Notes: generated by a model not told the origin, from the letters alone. Shown: positions 30,773 through 42,690, numbered from the stretch's first letter. The stretch is DNA of 64,000 nucleotides from an uncultured Pseudomonadota bacterium (GCA_963749075.1 CAVVLJ010000021.1:640001-704000), one strand, 5' to 3'. Numbers and translations are program-made.

Positions 30773-31048
30773 CTAAGCCGCCGCCCCGCGCCGCTCGCGG
30801 CGGATCAGGTAGAGGTTGCGGATATAGATGAGGAAGCCGCCGGCCTGGCTCACGATGAAGACCGGGTCGCGGCGATAGATGGCATAGGCGAGCACGATGG
30901 CGGAGCCGGCGATGCTCAAATACCAGAAGGCGAGCGGGATGACGCTCCTCCCCTCGCGCTCGCTCGCCAGCCACTGCAGCACGAAGCGCATGCCGAAGAG
31001 CGCCTGGCCCAGGAAGCCGATGCCGATCCAGATCTCTTGCGCGGTCAT
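30773..31048 (-). CDS. Lipid A biosynthesis N-terminal (LAB_N) domain membrane protein
   Basis: GQALFGMRFVLQWLASE...IPLAFWYLS...DPVFI...YIRNL. Confidence 0.88.
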   Translation of the reverse strand: MTAQEIWIGIGFLGQALFGMRFVLQWLASEREGRSVIPLAFWYLSIAGSAIVLAYAIYRRDPVFIVSQAGGFLIYIRNLYLIRRERRGAAA

Positions 31049-31051
31049 TAT

Positions 31052-31813
31052 TTACTCCTCGGGCTCGATCGCGGGTGCCGCCTTGCGCCGCATCAGCCAA
31101 TAGACGCCCGCAAGATCGACGATGCCGACGAAGGCCCGGTTGCCGAGCCCGTATTTCGATAGACCTGAGAGCCGCGGCCGGTCCGTCACCTCGACGAAGG
31201 CCACCTTGCCGCCGTCTCGCCGCACGAGGGCGGGGAGGAAGCGGTGGCTGTGGTCGAAGCGCGGCAGGCGGAGGAAGGCGTCGCGCCGGCAGAGCTTGAG
31301 CCCGCAGCCGGTGTCCGGTGTTGCGTCCCTGAGCACGGCGCGCCGCACGCGGTTGGCGATGCGCGAGGAGAGGCGCTTCATGAAGCTGTCCTGCCGCCGC
31401 CGCCGGGTGCCCGCCACCATGGCGAGATCGGCGCCGCCCGGCTCGCTCAATTTGGCGAGGAGGCGAGGGATATCGGCGGGATCGTTCTGCCCGTCGCCGT
31501 CGAGCATGACGAGCCAATGGCCGCGCGCCGCATCGACGGCCGTCCAGAGGGCGAGGCTCTTGCCGCCCTGCTCGCGGTGCCGCACCGCGCGCAAGGCGGG
31601 ATAGCGTGCGCGCGCCGCCTTGAGCCGCGCGGCCGTCGAGTCCGCGCTGGCGTCGTCGCAATAGACGATCTCGAAGGGCTCGCCCAGGCCCTCCATGACC
31701 GGATAGAGCTCGGCGAGCACGGGCTCGATGTTGCCTTCCTCGTTGTAGACGGTGATCACGACCGAATATTTGGGCGAGTCTTTCGCCGGCGGGCTCGGAG
31801 CGCTCGGGGCCAT
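31052..31813 (-). CDS. GT2 polyprenol-phosphate glycosyltransferase
   Basis: YNEEGNI, DDASAD, LDGDGQNDP, DTGCGLK. Confidence 0.9.
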   Translation of the reverse strand: MAPSAPSPPAKDSPKYSVVITVYNEEGNIEPVLAELYPVMEGLGEPFEIVYCDDASADSTAARLKAARARYPALRAVRHREQGGKSLALWTAVDAARGHWLVMLDGDGQNDPADIPRLLAKLSEPGGADLAMVAGTRRRRQDSFMKRLSSRIANRVRRAVLRDATPDTGCGLKLCRRDAFLRLPRFDHSHRFLPALVRRDGGKVAFVEVTDRPRLSGLSKYGLGNRAFVGIVDLAGVYWLMRRKAAPAIEPEE

Positions 31814-32129
31814 CGTCTCTCTGCTGCTCGCTCTCTCGGACGGCCGGGATGGCAGTGAGGGCTAGCCTGACCTATTCATGACCGTAGCGCGTGTTTCGCC
31901 GGCGCGCACGATTTTTCGCAAGGCTCATGCCGGCCCCCTGCGTCGCGCTCTCGCTGAGGCGGGCGTCCTATGTCTCTTTTGGGTCTTGGTCGGCGATCCG
32001 AGGACGACCGATCTCCGTCCGCTCTCGAGTCCCGCGGCCGCGCTTTCGGTCAAGGCGCGGTTGTGCTACCGTCCGCGGTGTTCGGGAGGGAGCCATCTGG
32101 GGAGTCCCGCGAAAAAGGGGGGAGCGAAA

Positions 32130-32450
32130 ATGCCGAAATTCCTGATCAAGGGGAGCTACAGCGCCGAGGGGCTGAAGGGCCTGCAGAAGGACAAGGCGTC
32201 AGGCCGCGAGAAGTCGATCGCGGCCGCCTGCAAGGCGCTCGGCGGCAAGCTCGATGCCTTGTACTACGCGCTCGGGGATGACGATGTGTTCGCCGTCGTC
32301 GATATGCCGAGCCACGTGCACATGTCCTCGCTCTGCGTCGCGGTCGGGGCGAGCGGGATGGTGAGCACGCGCACCGTGCCGCTACTCACGGTCGCGGAAA
32401 TGGACAAGGCGCTCGGCGAGGGCACGAAATACCGGCCGCCCGGCGGCTAA
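32130..32450 (+). CDS. GYD domain protein
   Basis: YSAEGLKG...LGGKL..LYYALGDDD...TVPLLT. Confidence 0.8.
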   Translation: MPKFLIKGSYSAEGLKGLQKDKASGREKSIAAACKALGGKLDALYYALGDDDVFAVVDMPSHVHMSSLCVAVGASGMVSTRTVPLLTVAEMDKALGEGTKYRPPGG

Positions 32451-32570
32451 GCTGCGCGACCGGCCCTGCCGCCCACGCGATTGGCGCCCGGCGAGGATAC
32501 GGGGCTGGGCGGGCATTGGGCCGTGGCCGCTCGCCGTCGCATGACCGTTCTGGCGTTCCTCCTCGCCCAA

Positions 32571-33559
32571 GCCGACGAGGTGATCGAATGATCTCGCGGC
32601 GCGAAATCTTGGGCGCGCTGTTCGGCTGCGGCGCGCTTGCCTGGACCATCGCTGCGCGGGCCCAGCAAACGGCACGAGTACCCCGAATAGGCCTCCTCGA
32701 TCCCGGGCTTGCACAGCTCTTTGCGGCCTTTCTCAAAGGGATGCAGGATCTGGGCTATGAGGAAGGACGGAACGTGGCCTACGTGCGGCGTTCCGCCGAG
32801 GGCCACGCCGAGCGCATTCCCGCCCTCGCCGCCGAGCTCGTGGACCTCAAGGTCAATGTGATCGTGACTGCCGCCCCGCAGGCGGTCCGTGCCGCCATGG
32901 CCGCCACCGCGACGATCCCGATCGTCTTCGCGGCGGTCGGCGATGCGGTCGGACAAGGCATCGCGCTGAGCTTGGCGCGGCCCGGCCACAACGCGACCGG
33001 GTTCTCGTTCCTCAACACCGAGATCAGCGCCAAGCGCCTCCAGCTGCTTCACGAGGCGTTTCCGTCCGCGCGGCAAATCGCGGTGCTCGCGGATGGCAGC
33101 GGCCCGTCGAACAGCCTGGATGCCACCAAAGAGGCGGGCAGCAGCCTGGGGCTAGCACTTCAGATCCTGAGCGTGAGCGGCTCCGGCGAGTTCGAGGGCG
33201 CCTTCCAGGCCGCCGTCGCCGGCCGCGCCGAGGCGCTCGATGTTCTGGCATCGGCCTTCTTCAACGCAAACAGAGTACGCCTCGTCGAGCTGGCCGCACG
33301 CTACCGCCTTCCCGCCATGTACGAAACCGACGACTATGTGCATGCGGGCGGGCTCATGTCCTATGGGCCCAGCCTCACCGACCTCTTCCGGCGTGCCGCG
33401 AGCTATGTGGACAAGATTCTCAAGGGAGCGAAGCCCGGCGACCTCCCGGTCGAGCAGCCGACCAAGTTCGAGCTGGTGATCAATCTCAAGACCGCCAAGG
33501 CGCTCGGCCTCGCCATCCCGGCGTTGCTGCTTGGCAGCGCCGACGAGGTGATCGAATGA
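32571..33559 (+). repeat. 21-bp direct repeat flanking the SBP gene
   Basis: GCCGACGAGGTGATCGAATGA at 32571-32591 and 33539-33559. Confidence 0.9.
32588..33559 (+). CDS. ABC-type substrate-binding protein (ABC_sub_bind-like), with no transporter genes nearby
   Basis: Tat-like SRRE signal; GGLMSYGP, YVDKILKGAKPGDLPVEQPTKFELVINLKTAKALGL...ADEVIE. Confidence 0.92.
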   Translation: MISRREILGALFGCGALAWTIAARAQQTARVPRIGLLDPGLAQLFAAFLKGMQDLGYEEGRNVAYVRRSAEGHAERIPALAAELVDLKVNVIVTAAPQAVRAAMAATATIPIVFAAVGDAVGQGIALSLARPGHNATGFSFLNTEISAKRLQLLHEAFPSARQIAVLADGSGPSNSLDATKEAGSSLGLALQILSVSGSGEFEGAFQAAVAGRAEALDVLASAFFNANRVRLVELAARYRLPAMYETDDYVHAGGLMSYGPSLTDLFRRAASYVDKILKGAKPGDLPVEQPTKFELVINLKTAKALGLAIPALLLGSADEVIE

Positions 33560-36500
33560 GGCGCTTCAAGCTCAGCCTCTTCGTCAAATACGCCGCCCTC
33601 ATCGTCGGCCTGGTGATCGCCGTGCTGGTGATCAACGGCGCAATCGATCTCTGGTTCACTTATCAGGACAAGAAGCAGGAGCTGGTCGACCTGCAGAAGG
33701 AGAAGGCCGAGGCGGCGGCCCAGCGCATCGAGGAGTTCGTCACCGAGATCGAGCAGCAGGTGGGCTGGACGACCTTCGCGCAGTGGGCGCTGACGCCGGT
33801 CGAGCAGCGCCGCTACGATTACGTGCGCCTCTTGCGCCAGGTGCCGGCGATCACCGAGCTCGTCGAGCTCGACGGCCAGGGCAAGGAGCAGCTCAAGGTC
33901 TCGCGCCTCGCCATGGACGTGGTCGCGAGCGGCGCCGACCACTCGCGCGACGCGAGCTTCACCGAGGCGGTCGCCAAGCGCGTCTATTTCGGCCCGGTCT
34001 ACTTCCGCAAGGAGTCCGAGCCCTACATGACGATGGCACTCGCCGGCAGCGGGCGCAATGCCGGCGTCACCGTGGCCGAGGTCAATCTCAAGCTCATCTG
34101 GGACGTGGTCACGGCGCTCAAGGTCGGCAGGGAGGGCTACGCCTATGTGGTCGATCGCCGCGGCCGGCTCATCGCACACCCGGACATCAGCCTCGTGCTG
34201 CGCGACACCGACCTTGGGTCCCTGCCCCAGGTCGCGGCCGCGCGCGCGGGTGCGGGCGACACCGTGGCACTCGCGCGGAACCTCGCGGGCCGCCAGGTCT
34301 TGAGTGCCAGTGCCGCGATCCCGGAGCTCGGCTGGCACGTCTTCGTCGAGCAGCCGCTCGCCGAGGCCTTCACCCCGCTTTACGCGGCGGCCCTCCGGGG
34401 TGCCGCCATCGTCTGCTTCGGCCTCCTCTTAGCAGGACTCGCCGGGCTCTACCTCTCGCGCCGCATGATCGGGCCGATCCGCACGCTCGAGGCGGGCGCA
34501 CGGCGCATCGGCGGCGGCGAGCTCGCGCACAAGATCGAGATCTCGACCGGCGATGAGCTCGAGGAGCTCGCCGGCCAGTTCAACCGCATGAGCGAGCAGC
34601 TCCAGGAATCCTACGCCGGCCTGGAGCGCAAGGTGGAGGAGCGGACCAGCGAGCTGCAGGAGTCCTTGGCGCAGCAGACGGCGACGGCGGACGTGCTCAA
34701 GGTGATCAGCCGCTCCACCTTCGACCTCGAGCGCGTTCTCGATACGCTCGTAGAAACCGCCGCACGGCTCTGCGCTGCGGACCGCGGCAGCGTCTTTCGG
34801 TTGGAGGGCGATGCTTTTCGGGTGGCGGGGTCCTATGGCCAATCACAGGAATTCATGAGGTTCCTCGAGGAAAATCCCCTCCGCCGGGACCGCGGATCGC
34901 TCGCCGGCAGAACAGTTCTGGAGGGCCGCTTGGTTCACATCGTCGATGTCCTGGCCGACCCCGAGTATATAGTGGCGAACTACGCGAAGCTTGGGGGTTT
35001 CCGGACGGGGCTTGGCGTACCGCTGGTGCGGGAAGGGGTGCCTTTTGGGGCGTTCGTGCTCGTCAGAAAAGAAGTGCGCGCCTTTACCGACAAGGAGATC
35101 GAGCTTATCGCCACCTTTGCCGACCAGGCGGTCATCGCGATCGAGAACGTGCGCCTCATCACCGAAACCCGCGAGGCGCTGGAGCGGCAGACCGCCACGG
35201 CCGAGGTGCTACAGGTCATCAACGCCTCGCCCGGCGACTTGGCGCCGGTCTTCGACGCGATGCTGGAGAAGGCGACGCGAATCTGCGAGGCGGGTTTCGG
35301 CACGCTTTATCTTCGCGAGGGCGAAGCGTTCCGCGCGGTCGCCATGCACGGCGTCTCACCGGCGTTCGCCGAGACCCGGCGTGGCCTCATCCAACCCGGC
35401 CCCAACACCGCCCTGGCACTCGTTGCCCAAACCAAGAGCACGGTTCATATGGAGGACATTCGCACGCAGCAGGCCTATGCGGAGCGCGATCCGATGGCCG
35501 TCGCCAGCGTCGAGCGCGGCGGATTCCGAACGCTCCTCGCTGTGCCGATGCTGAAGGAAAGCGAGCTGATCGGCGTATTTTCCATATACCGCCAAGAAGT
35601 GCGTCCCTTCACCAAGAATCAGATCACGTTGGTCACGACCTTCGCCGACCAGGCGGTCATCGCGATCGAGAACGTGCGCCTCATCACCGAAACCCGCGAG
35701 GCGCTGGAGCGGCAGACCGCCACGGCCGAGGTGCTACAGGTCATCAACGCCTCGCCCGGCGATCTGGCCCCGGTCTTCGAGGCGGTGCTGGAGAAGGCGC
35801 TGCGCCTCTGCGCGGCGTCGTTCGGACACGTCTTTCGCTATGACGGTACGTCCATGCGCCTTGCCGCGAGCCAGGGCATGCAGATCGAGGAGGCCGGCTA
35901 TTTCCGCGAATGGGTGCCCGACGCGGGCAGCGCCGTGGACGAGGTGGTGCGGGGTGCCGCCAAGGTTCACATCGTCGACGTGGTCGATACCGATGCCTAT
36001 CGCTCCGGCATCGTGTCCCGCGTGAAGCTCGTCGAGATTTTCCGCGCCCGCACCGCGCTGTGGGTTGCCTTGCGCAAGGACGAGGCGCTTCTCGGCGTCA
36101 TCGTCATCTACAGACGGGAAGTCCGCGCCTTTACCGACAAGCAGATCGCACTCCTCGAGACCTTCGCCGATCAGGCGGTGATCGCGATCGAGAACGTCCG
36201 CTTGCTCAACGAGCTGCGCGAGCGGAGCGCCGAGCTGGCGCGCTCGGTCGAGGAGCTCGAGACGCTGGGCGAGGTCGGCCAGGCGGTGAGCTCGACGCTC
36301 GATCTCGAGACCGTGCTGACGACGGTCGTGACCCGCGCGGTGGAGATCGCCGAGGCGGATTCCGGGGCGCTCTTCCGTTATAGCCGCGAGCGCCGCGAAT
36401 TCCGTCTCTACCGGGCCGTCGGCTTCGACGCGGCGCTCTTGGCCGAGGCCCGCGCCGTCCGCATCCCGCTCGAGCAGAGCACGCTCGGCCTCGCGGCAAC

Positions 36501-37481
36501 GCGCCGCGCGCCGGTCGAGACAACGTCCTTGGCCGACATGCCGGCGAACGCGATGCGCGATCTCCTGATCGGGGCGGGATTCCACTCGAGCGTGGTGGTG
36601 CCGCTCGTCTATGGCGAGCGCATCCTCGGCGGCTTCACGCTGCAACGCCGGACCGAGAAGCCGTTTCCCGCCAACGTGCTGAGCCTGCTGCTCACGCTCG
36701 CGAACCAATCGGCCATGGCCATCCAGAACGCGCGCCTCTTCCGCGAAATCCAGGAGCAGAGCCGCCAGCTCGAGCTCGCGAGCCAGCACAAATCGCAGTT
36801 CCTCGCCAACATGAGCCACGAGCTGCGCACGCCCCTGAACGCGATCCTCGGCTATACCGAGATGATGGCCGACGGGCTCTACGGCGAGCTCGGCGAGAAG
36901 GCGAAGGGCGTCCTGGAGCGCGTGCAGGCGAACGGCAGGCACCTCCTCGGCCTCATCAACGACGTGCTCGATCTCTCCAAGATCGAGGCCGGGCAGCTCA
37001 AGCTCAGCATCGACAATTACTCGCTGCCCGCCGTCGTGCAGCAGGTGCTGTCCGCGACCGAGTCGCTCGCGCGCAACAAGTCGCTTCAGCTGACCGCGAC
37101 CATCGCGGAGGCCATGCCCGCGGGACGCGGCGACGAGCGGCGGCTGACCCAGGTGCTGCTCAATCTCGTCGGGAACGCGATCAAGTTCACCGACAAAGGC
37201 TCGGTCACGATCCGCGCCTTGGCCGAGGGCGGGCGTTTCGAGATCGCGGTCGTCGACACCGGCCCGGGAATCAAGCCCGAGGACCGCGCGCGCATCTTCG
37301 AGGAGTTCCAGCAGGTCGACGACACCAACACGCGCAAGAAGGGCGGCACCGGGCTCGGCCTCGCCATCTCGCGGCGCATCGTCGAGATGCACGGCGGCCG
37401 CATCGAGGTGGACTCGGCCGTGGGACAGGGCTCCACCTTCCGTGTCATCATCCCCCAACGCGCCGAGGAGGTACTGGCCGC

Positions 37482-37485
<4 letters not shown>
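33556..37485 (+). CDS. Sensor histidine kinase: TM-Cache-TM-HAMP-4xGAF-HisKA-HATPase
   Basis: Repeated FADQAVIAIENVRL, ANMSHELRTPLN, NLVGNAIKFT, DTGPG, GGTGLGL. Confidence 0.95.
35119..35762 (+). repeat. Two identical ~119-bp intragenic repeats (inter-GAF linkers)
   Basis: 35119-35237 equals 35644-35762 by eye (GCCGACCAGGCG...CCCGGCGA). Confidence 0.88.
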
Positions 37486-37847
<362 letters not shown>

Positions 37848-37865
37848 TCGGACTGGTGCGGCACC

Positions 37866-38981
37866 ATGCGCAACCCCGCCCGCATCCTCGTGGTCGACGA
37901 CACGCCCGACAACGTCGAGGTGCTCAAGGTGCGCCTGGAGAGCCAGGGCTACGAGGTGGCGACCGCCTTCGACGGCGAGGAGGGGCTCGCGAAAATCCGG
38001 TCGGAGAGCCCCGACCTCGTGCTCCTCGACATCATGATGCCCAAGCTCGACGGCATCGAGGTGTGCCGGCGCGTCAAGGCGGATGCCACGCTGCCGTTCA
38101 TCCCCATCATCATGGTGACCGCCAAGGCGGACACGCGCGACGTGGTCGCCGGCCTGGAGGCGGGCGGCGACGACTATCTCGCCAAGCCCGTCGACCACGC
38201 CTCCCTCACAGCACGGGTGCGCTCGATGCTGCGCATCAAGGCGCTGCACGACCAGGTCCAGGCGCAAGCCCGCGAGCTCGCCGCCTGGAACCGCAGCCTC
38301 GAGGAGCGCGTCCAAGCGCAAGTGAAGGAGATCGAGCGCGTCGGCCGCCTCAAGCGCTTCCTGCCGCCCCAGGTCGCCGAGCTCATGGTCGGCTCCGGCG
38401 ACGAGCGCATCATGGAGAGCCACCGGCGGGATATCGTGGCGCTCATGTGCGATCTCCGCGGCTTCACCGCCTTCGCGGAGACCGCCGAGCCCGAGGACGT
38501 GATGGCGCTCCTGCGCGGCTATCACGAGACGGTCGGCCCCCTCGTCTTCGCGCACGAGGGCACCCTCGAGGGCTTCATCGGCGACGGCATGCTGGTCTTC
38601 TTCAACGATCCGCTGCCGTGCCCGGATCCCGCCGAGCGCGCGGTCAGGCTCGCCATCGCCATGCGCGAGGCGGTCGAGCGGCTCAAGGGCGAATGGCGCC
38701 GGCGCGGCCACGCGATCGGCTTCGGCGTCGGCATCGCTCAGGGCTATGCCACGCTCGGCCGCATCGGCTTCGAGGGCCGGCAGGAATACAGTGCCATCGG
38801 CACGGTCATCAATCTGGCAGCCCGGCTCTGCTCCGAAGCAAAGGACGGTCAGATCCTGATGAGCGAGCGCGTCGCCGTCGCCGTCGAGCACATCGTCGAG
38901 GCGAGCTCGATCGGCGAGATTGCGCTCAAAGGGCTGTCGCGCCCGGTCGTCACCTTCGACATAACGGGTCTCAAAGCATGA
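37866..38981 (+). CDS. REC-domain adenylate/guanylate cyclase
   Basis: REC domain followed by DLRGFT, FIGDG, IGTVINLAARL. Confidence 0.93.
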   Translation: MRNPARILVVDDTPDNVEVLKVRLESQGYEVATAFDGEEGLAKIRSESPDLVLLDIMMPKLDGIEVCRRVKADATLPFIPIIMVTAKADTRDVVAGLEAGGDDYLAKPVDHASLTARVRSMLRIKALHDQVQAQARELAAWNRSLEERVQAQVKEIERVGRLKRFLPPQVAELMVGSGDERIMESHRRDIVALMCDLRGFTAFAETAEPEDVMALLRGYHETVGPLVFAHEGTLEGFIGDGMLVFFNDPLPCPDPAERAVRLAIAMREAVERLKGEWRRRGHAIGFGVGIAQGYATLGRIGFEGRQEYSAIGTVINLAARLCSEAKDGQILMSERVAVAVEHIVEASSIGEIALKGLSRPVVTFDITGLKA

Positions 38982-39017
38982 TCGCCTGACCCGCGCGCTC
39001 GGCGGCGGCGGGCGATC

Positions 39018-39206
39018 TCAATCGCTTCCCGCTGCGCGCCCGGCGAGGCGCGCGAGGATCGCCGCGCGCTCGGCAGGCTCCAGCCCCGGCCAGCCGGCGA
39101 TCTCGGCGATGGTGCGCCGGCAGCCGAGGCAAAGCCCGCTTCTCGGGTCGAGCCGGCAGATGCCCACGCAGGGCGAGGCGGCAGGGGCGAGGCGCTCGCC
39201 CGCCAT
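39018..39206 (-). CDS. DUF1289 family protein
   Basis: SPCVGICRLD...CLGCRRTIAEIAGW. Confidence 0.85.
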   Translation of the reverse strand: MAGERLAPAASPCVGICRLDPRSGLCLGCRRTIAEIAGWPGLEPAERAAILARLAGRAAGSD

Positions 39207-39207
39207 G

Positions 39208-40320
39208 CTAGCTCCCCTCGCGCCCGGCGAGCCGGGCCTCGGCGGGCGGCGCCGGCGCCTCGGGCTCGTCGAACTCGAGCTGCTCGATGCGCTCGGCGCG
39301 CCGGGTCACCTTGTCGCTCGAGATGCGGATCTGGCGCACGTCCTCGCTGGTCTGGGCGAAGTGGCTCTGCAGCTTGGCGACGCGCTCGTCGAGGCGCACG
39401 ATGTCCTCGAGCAGGACATGGACCTCCTTCTGCACCACGCTTGCGAGCTCGCGCATGCGCACGTCCTTGAGCACGGCGCGGATGGTGTTGAGCGTGGCCC
39501 AGAGGGTCGTGGGCGAGACGATGAAGACGCGCTTGCGGTAGGACTGCTCGACCACGTCGGCGAAATTGACGTGGAGCTCGGCGTAGACCGCCTCGGAGGG
39601 GAGGAAGAGGAGCGCTGATTCGGCCGTCTCGCCGGGGACGATGTATTTCTCGGCGATGTCGGCGATGTGCTTCATCATGTCGCTGCGGAAGCTGCGCGCC
39701 GCCTGCTGGCGCTGGGCGTCGTCGGCCGCCAGGTGCAGCGCCCTATAGCTCTCGAGCGGGAACTTGGCGTCGATCGCGATGGGACCCGGCGGCGTCGGCA
39801 GGGCGAGCAGGCAATCGACGCGCTTGCCGTCGCCGATCTGGGCCTGGAAGCGGTAGGCGGCGGGCGGCAGCACGCTCGACACCAGCTCCTCGAGCTGCAG
39901 CTCGCCGAAGACGCCGCGCTGCTGCTTGTTGGAGAGGATCTGGTTGAGGCTCACCACCTGGCTCGAAAGCTCGCTGATGTTGGCCTGCGCCGCGTCGATG
40001 CGGGCGATGCGCTCGCGGAGCTCGCCGAGCTGCGCCGCCTGGGCCTCCGCCGTCCGCCCGAGCGTCTCGGCAACACGGCTCGCCACCTGGTCGAGGCGTT
40101 CCTCGAGGAGCTTCGAGAGCAGGCGCTCTTGGGCCTGCAGGCGCTCCGCCATCTGCGCGAGCGAGCCCGACTGGGCGCCCGCCATCTGGTCGAGCCGGCC
40201 GGCAAGCGATGCCATCTGGCGCTCGCCTTCCCCAGAACCGCCGCGGCGGAGGAGCAAGAGCAGTGTAGCGACGGCCGCCAGGACGACTAAACCGGCCACA
40301 ATGGCGGTAACGCTCTCCAT
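39208..40320 (-). CDS. rmuC: DNA recombination protein RmuC
   Basis: RGVFGELQL, IDAKFPLE, FLPSEAVY, VSPTTL. Confidence 0.93.
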   Translation of the reverse strand: MESVTAIVAGLVVLAAVATLLLLLRRGGSGEGERQMASLAGRLDQMAGAQSGSLAQMAERLQAQERLLSKLLEERLDQVASRVAETLGRTAEAQAAQLGELRERIARIDAAQANISELSSQVVSLNQILSNKQQRGVFGELQLEELVSSVLPPAAYRFQAQIGDGKRVDCLLALPTPPGPIAIDAKFPLESYRALHLAADDAQRQQAARSFRSDMMKHIADIAEKYIVPGETAESALLFLPSEAVYAELHVNFADVVEQSYRKRVFIVSPTTLWATLNTIRAVLKDVRMRELASVVQKEVHVLLEDIVRLDERVAKLQSHFAQTSEDVRQIRISSDKVTRRAERIEQLEFDEPEAPAPPAEARLAGREGS

Positions 40321-40472
40321 CTCTCCATCTCTCGTTGGTCCGGGCCAAGGCTATCACGCCCGCCGCGCGCTTATCGAGACGCTGATATCGGTCGGGACTC
40401 TTGACGCGCTTGCGGCGAAGCCATACCTAAGGCAAGACGCAACCGATTGGAACCGTTCCAAAGTACCTTGCC

Positions 40473-40997
40473 ATGGCCCTGCTGCCGATCATCACGGCCC
40501 CGGACCCGCGCCTCAAGGTCAAATGCACGCCCGTCGAGCGCGTGGACGGCACTGTCCGCCGCTTGATGGACGATCTGCTCGAGACCATGTATGCCGCCCC
40601 CGGCATCGGCCTTGCGGCCCCCCAGGTGGGCGTCGCCAGCCGTGTGCTCGTCGTCGACATCGCCAAGGAGGGCGAGGAGCGGGCGCCGCTCCGCATGGCC
40701 AACCCCGAGGTGCTGTGGCGCTCGGACGAGCTCGCGAGCTACGAGGAGGGCTGTCTCTCGCTCCCCGATCAATATGCGCCGGTCGCGCGTGCCTTGCGCT
40801 GCCGCGTGCGCTACCTCGACGCCGAGGGCGAGATGCGCAAGCTCGAGGCGGAGGGCCTGCTCGCCACCTGCATCCAGCACGAGATCGACCATCTGGAAGG
40901 CGTCCTCTTCGTCGATCACCTCTCGGCCTTGAAGCGCGGCATAATCCTGCGCAAGCTCCAGAAAGCGAGGAAGCAGAGGGAGGCCGTCTCCGCGTGA
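40473..40997 (+). CDS. def: Peptide deformylase
   Basis: GIGLAAPQ, EGCLS, QHEIDH. Confidence 0.97.
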   Translation: MALLPIITAPDPRLKVKCTPVERVDGTVRRLMDDLLETMYAAPGIGLAAPQVGVASRVLVVDIAKEGEERAPLRMANPEVLWRSDELASYEEGCLSLPDQYAPVARALRCRVRYLDAEGEMRKLEAEGLLATCIQHEIDHLEGVLFVDHLSALKRGIILRKLQKARKQREAVSA

Positions 40998-41028
40998 GGC
41001 GCTCTCGAGGGCGCCTGCCATGAGCCTC

Positions 41029-41949
41029 ATGAGGCTTGCCTTCATGGGAACCCCCGACTTCGCCGTCCCGGCGCTGGCGGCCTTGGTTGCGGCCGGCCAT
41101 ACGGTCGCGGCCGTCTATAGCCAGCCCGCGCGGCCGGCCGGCCGCGGGCGGCACTTGAGGGCGACGCCGGTCGCGCGCTTCGCCCAGGCGCACGCGCTCG
41201 CCGTGCGCACGCCCGAGAGCCTGCGCGCGCCGGAGGAGCAGCGAGAGTTCGCCGAGCTCGGGCTCGACGCGGCGGTGGTGGCCGCCTATGGCCTGCTGCT
41301 GCCGCCGGCGGTCCTCGCCGCGCCGCGCCTCGGCTGCCTCAACATCCATCCCTCGCTCCTGCCGCGCTGGCGGGGCGCCGCCCCCATCGAGCGCGCCATC
41401 CTCGCGGGCGACGCCGAGACCGGGGTCAGCATCATGCAGATGGACGAGGGGCTCGATACCGGCGGCGTGCTCCTCCAGGAGCGCCTGGCCATCGACCCCG
41501 ACATGACGGCGGGCACGCTCGGCGAGGCGCTCGCCCGGCGCGGCGCGCGCCTCATGCTCGAGGCGCTCGGCGGCCTCTCGGCAGGCCGCCTCGCCGCGGT
41601 GCCGCAAGGGGAGCACGGCTTGAGCTACGCGCGCAAGATCGACAAGGCCGAGACGCGCCTCGACTGGCACCGCACGGCCGAGGACGTGGCACGCCAGGTG
41701 CGCGCCTTGAGCCCCTCGCCCGGCGCCTGGTTCGAGCTCGCGGGCGAGCGCATCCGCGTGCTCGCCGCCGTGGCGCTGGCGGGGAGAGCCGCGGCCCTTC
41801 CCGGCATGGCGCTCGACGACCGGCTGACCGTCGCCTGCGGCGCCGGCGCCTTGCGCCTCCTCAAGCTGCAGCGCGCGGGCGGCAAGGTCATGGCGGCCGA
41901 GGTCTACCTCCGCGGCCGAGCGCTCCCGGCCGGCACGGCGCTGGCGTGA
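41029..41949 (+). CDS. fmt: Methionyl-tRNA formyltransferase
   Basis: [24 protein letters not shown]. Confidence 0.96.
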   Translation: MRLAFMGTPDFAVPALAALVAAGHTVAAVYSQPARPAGRGRHLRATPVARFAQAHALAVRTPESLRAPEEQREFAELGLDAAVVAAYGLLLPPAVLAAPRLGCLNIHPSLLPRWRGAAPIERAILAGDAETGVSIMQMDEGLDTGGVLLQERLAIDPDMTAGTLGEALARRGARLMLEALGGLSAGRLAAVPQGEHGLSYARKIDKAETRLDWHRTAEDVARQVRALSPSPGAWFELAGERIRVLAAVALAGRAAALPGMALDDRLTVACGAGALRLLKLQRAGGKVMAAEVYLRGRALPAGTALA

Positions 41950-42683
41950 CGCGCTACAGGCTCACCCTCGAATACGACGGGCGCGGCTTCGTCGGCTGGC
42001 AGCGCCAGGCGAACGGCCTCTCGGTGCAGGAGGTGCTGGAGACGGCGATCCGGCGCTTCTGCGGCGAGACCGCCTCCGTGCAGGCCGCGGGCCGCACGGA
42101 TGCCGGCGTGCATGCGCTCGGCCAGGTGGCGCACGTCGATCTCGCGCGCGAGGCGGCGGCCGACACGGTGCGCGACGCGCTCAATTTCCACTTGAAGCCT
42201 CACGCGGTCGCCGTGCTGGCGGCCGAGCGGGCGGCGGCCAACTTCCACGCGCGCTTCTCGGCGCGCGAGCGTGCCTACCGCTACCGCATCGTGAACCGCC
42301 GCTCGCCCTTGACGCTCGAGAGCGGCCGCGCCTGGCTGGTGCAGCCGCCGCTCGACCACGCGGCGATGCAGGCGGCCGCAGCCGGGCTCGTCGGCCGCCA
42401 CGACTTCTCGAGCTTCCGCGCCGCGGAGTGCCAGGCGAAATCGCCGCTCAAGACGCTCGATGCGCTGACGCTCGAGCGCGAGGGCGAGGTCATCGCGGTC
42501 GAGGCGCGCGCGCGCTCCTTCCTCCACCACCAGGTGCGCAACATGGTCGGTACCTTGAAGCTGGTGGGCGAGGGCAGCTGGACGCCCGCCGACGTGGGAC
42601 GCGCGCTCGCCGCGCGCGACCGCACCAAGGCGGGGCCCACGGCGCCCGCGGAGGGGCTTTATCTCGTCGAGGTGCTCTATTGA
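41946..42683 (+). CDS. truA: tRNA pseudouridine(38-40) synthase
   Basis: [26 protein letters not shown]. Confidence 0.96.
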   Translation: MTRYRLTLEYDGRGFVGWQRQANGLSVQEVLETAIRRFCGETASVQAAGRTDAGVHALGQVAHVDLAREAAADTVRDALNFHLKPHAVAVLAAERAAANFHARFSARERAYRYRIVNRRSPLTLESGRAWLVQPPLDHAAMQAAAAGLVGRHDFSSFRAAECQAKSPLKTLDALTLEREGEVIAVEARARSFLHHQVRNMVGTLKLVGEGSWTPADVGRALAARDRTKAGPTAPAEGLYLVEVLY

Positions 42684-42690
42684 GGGCGTC

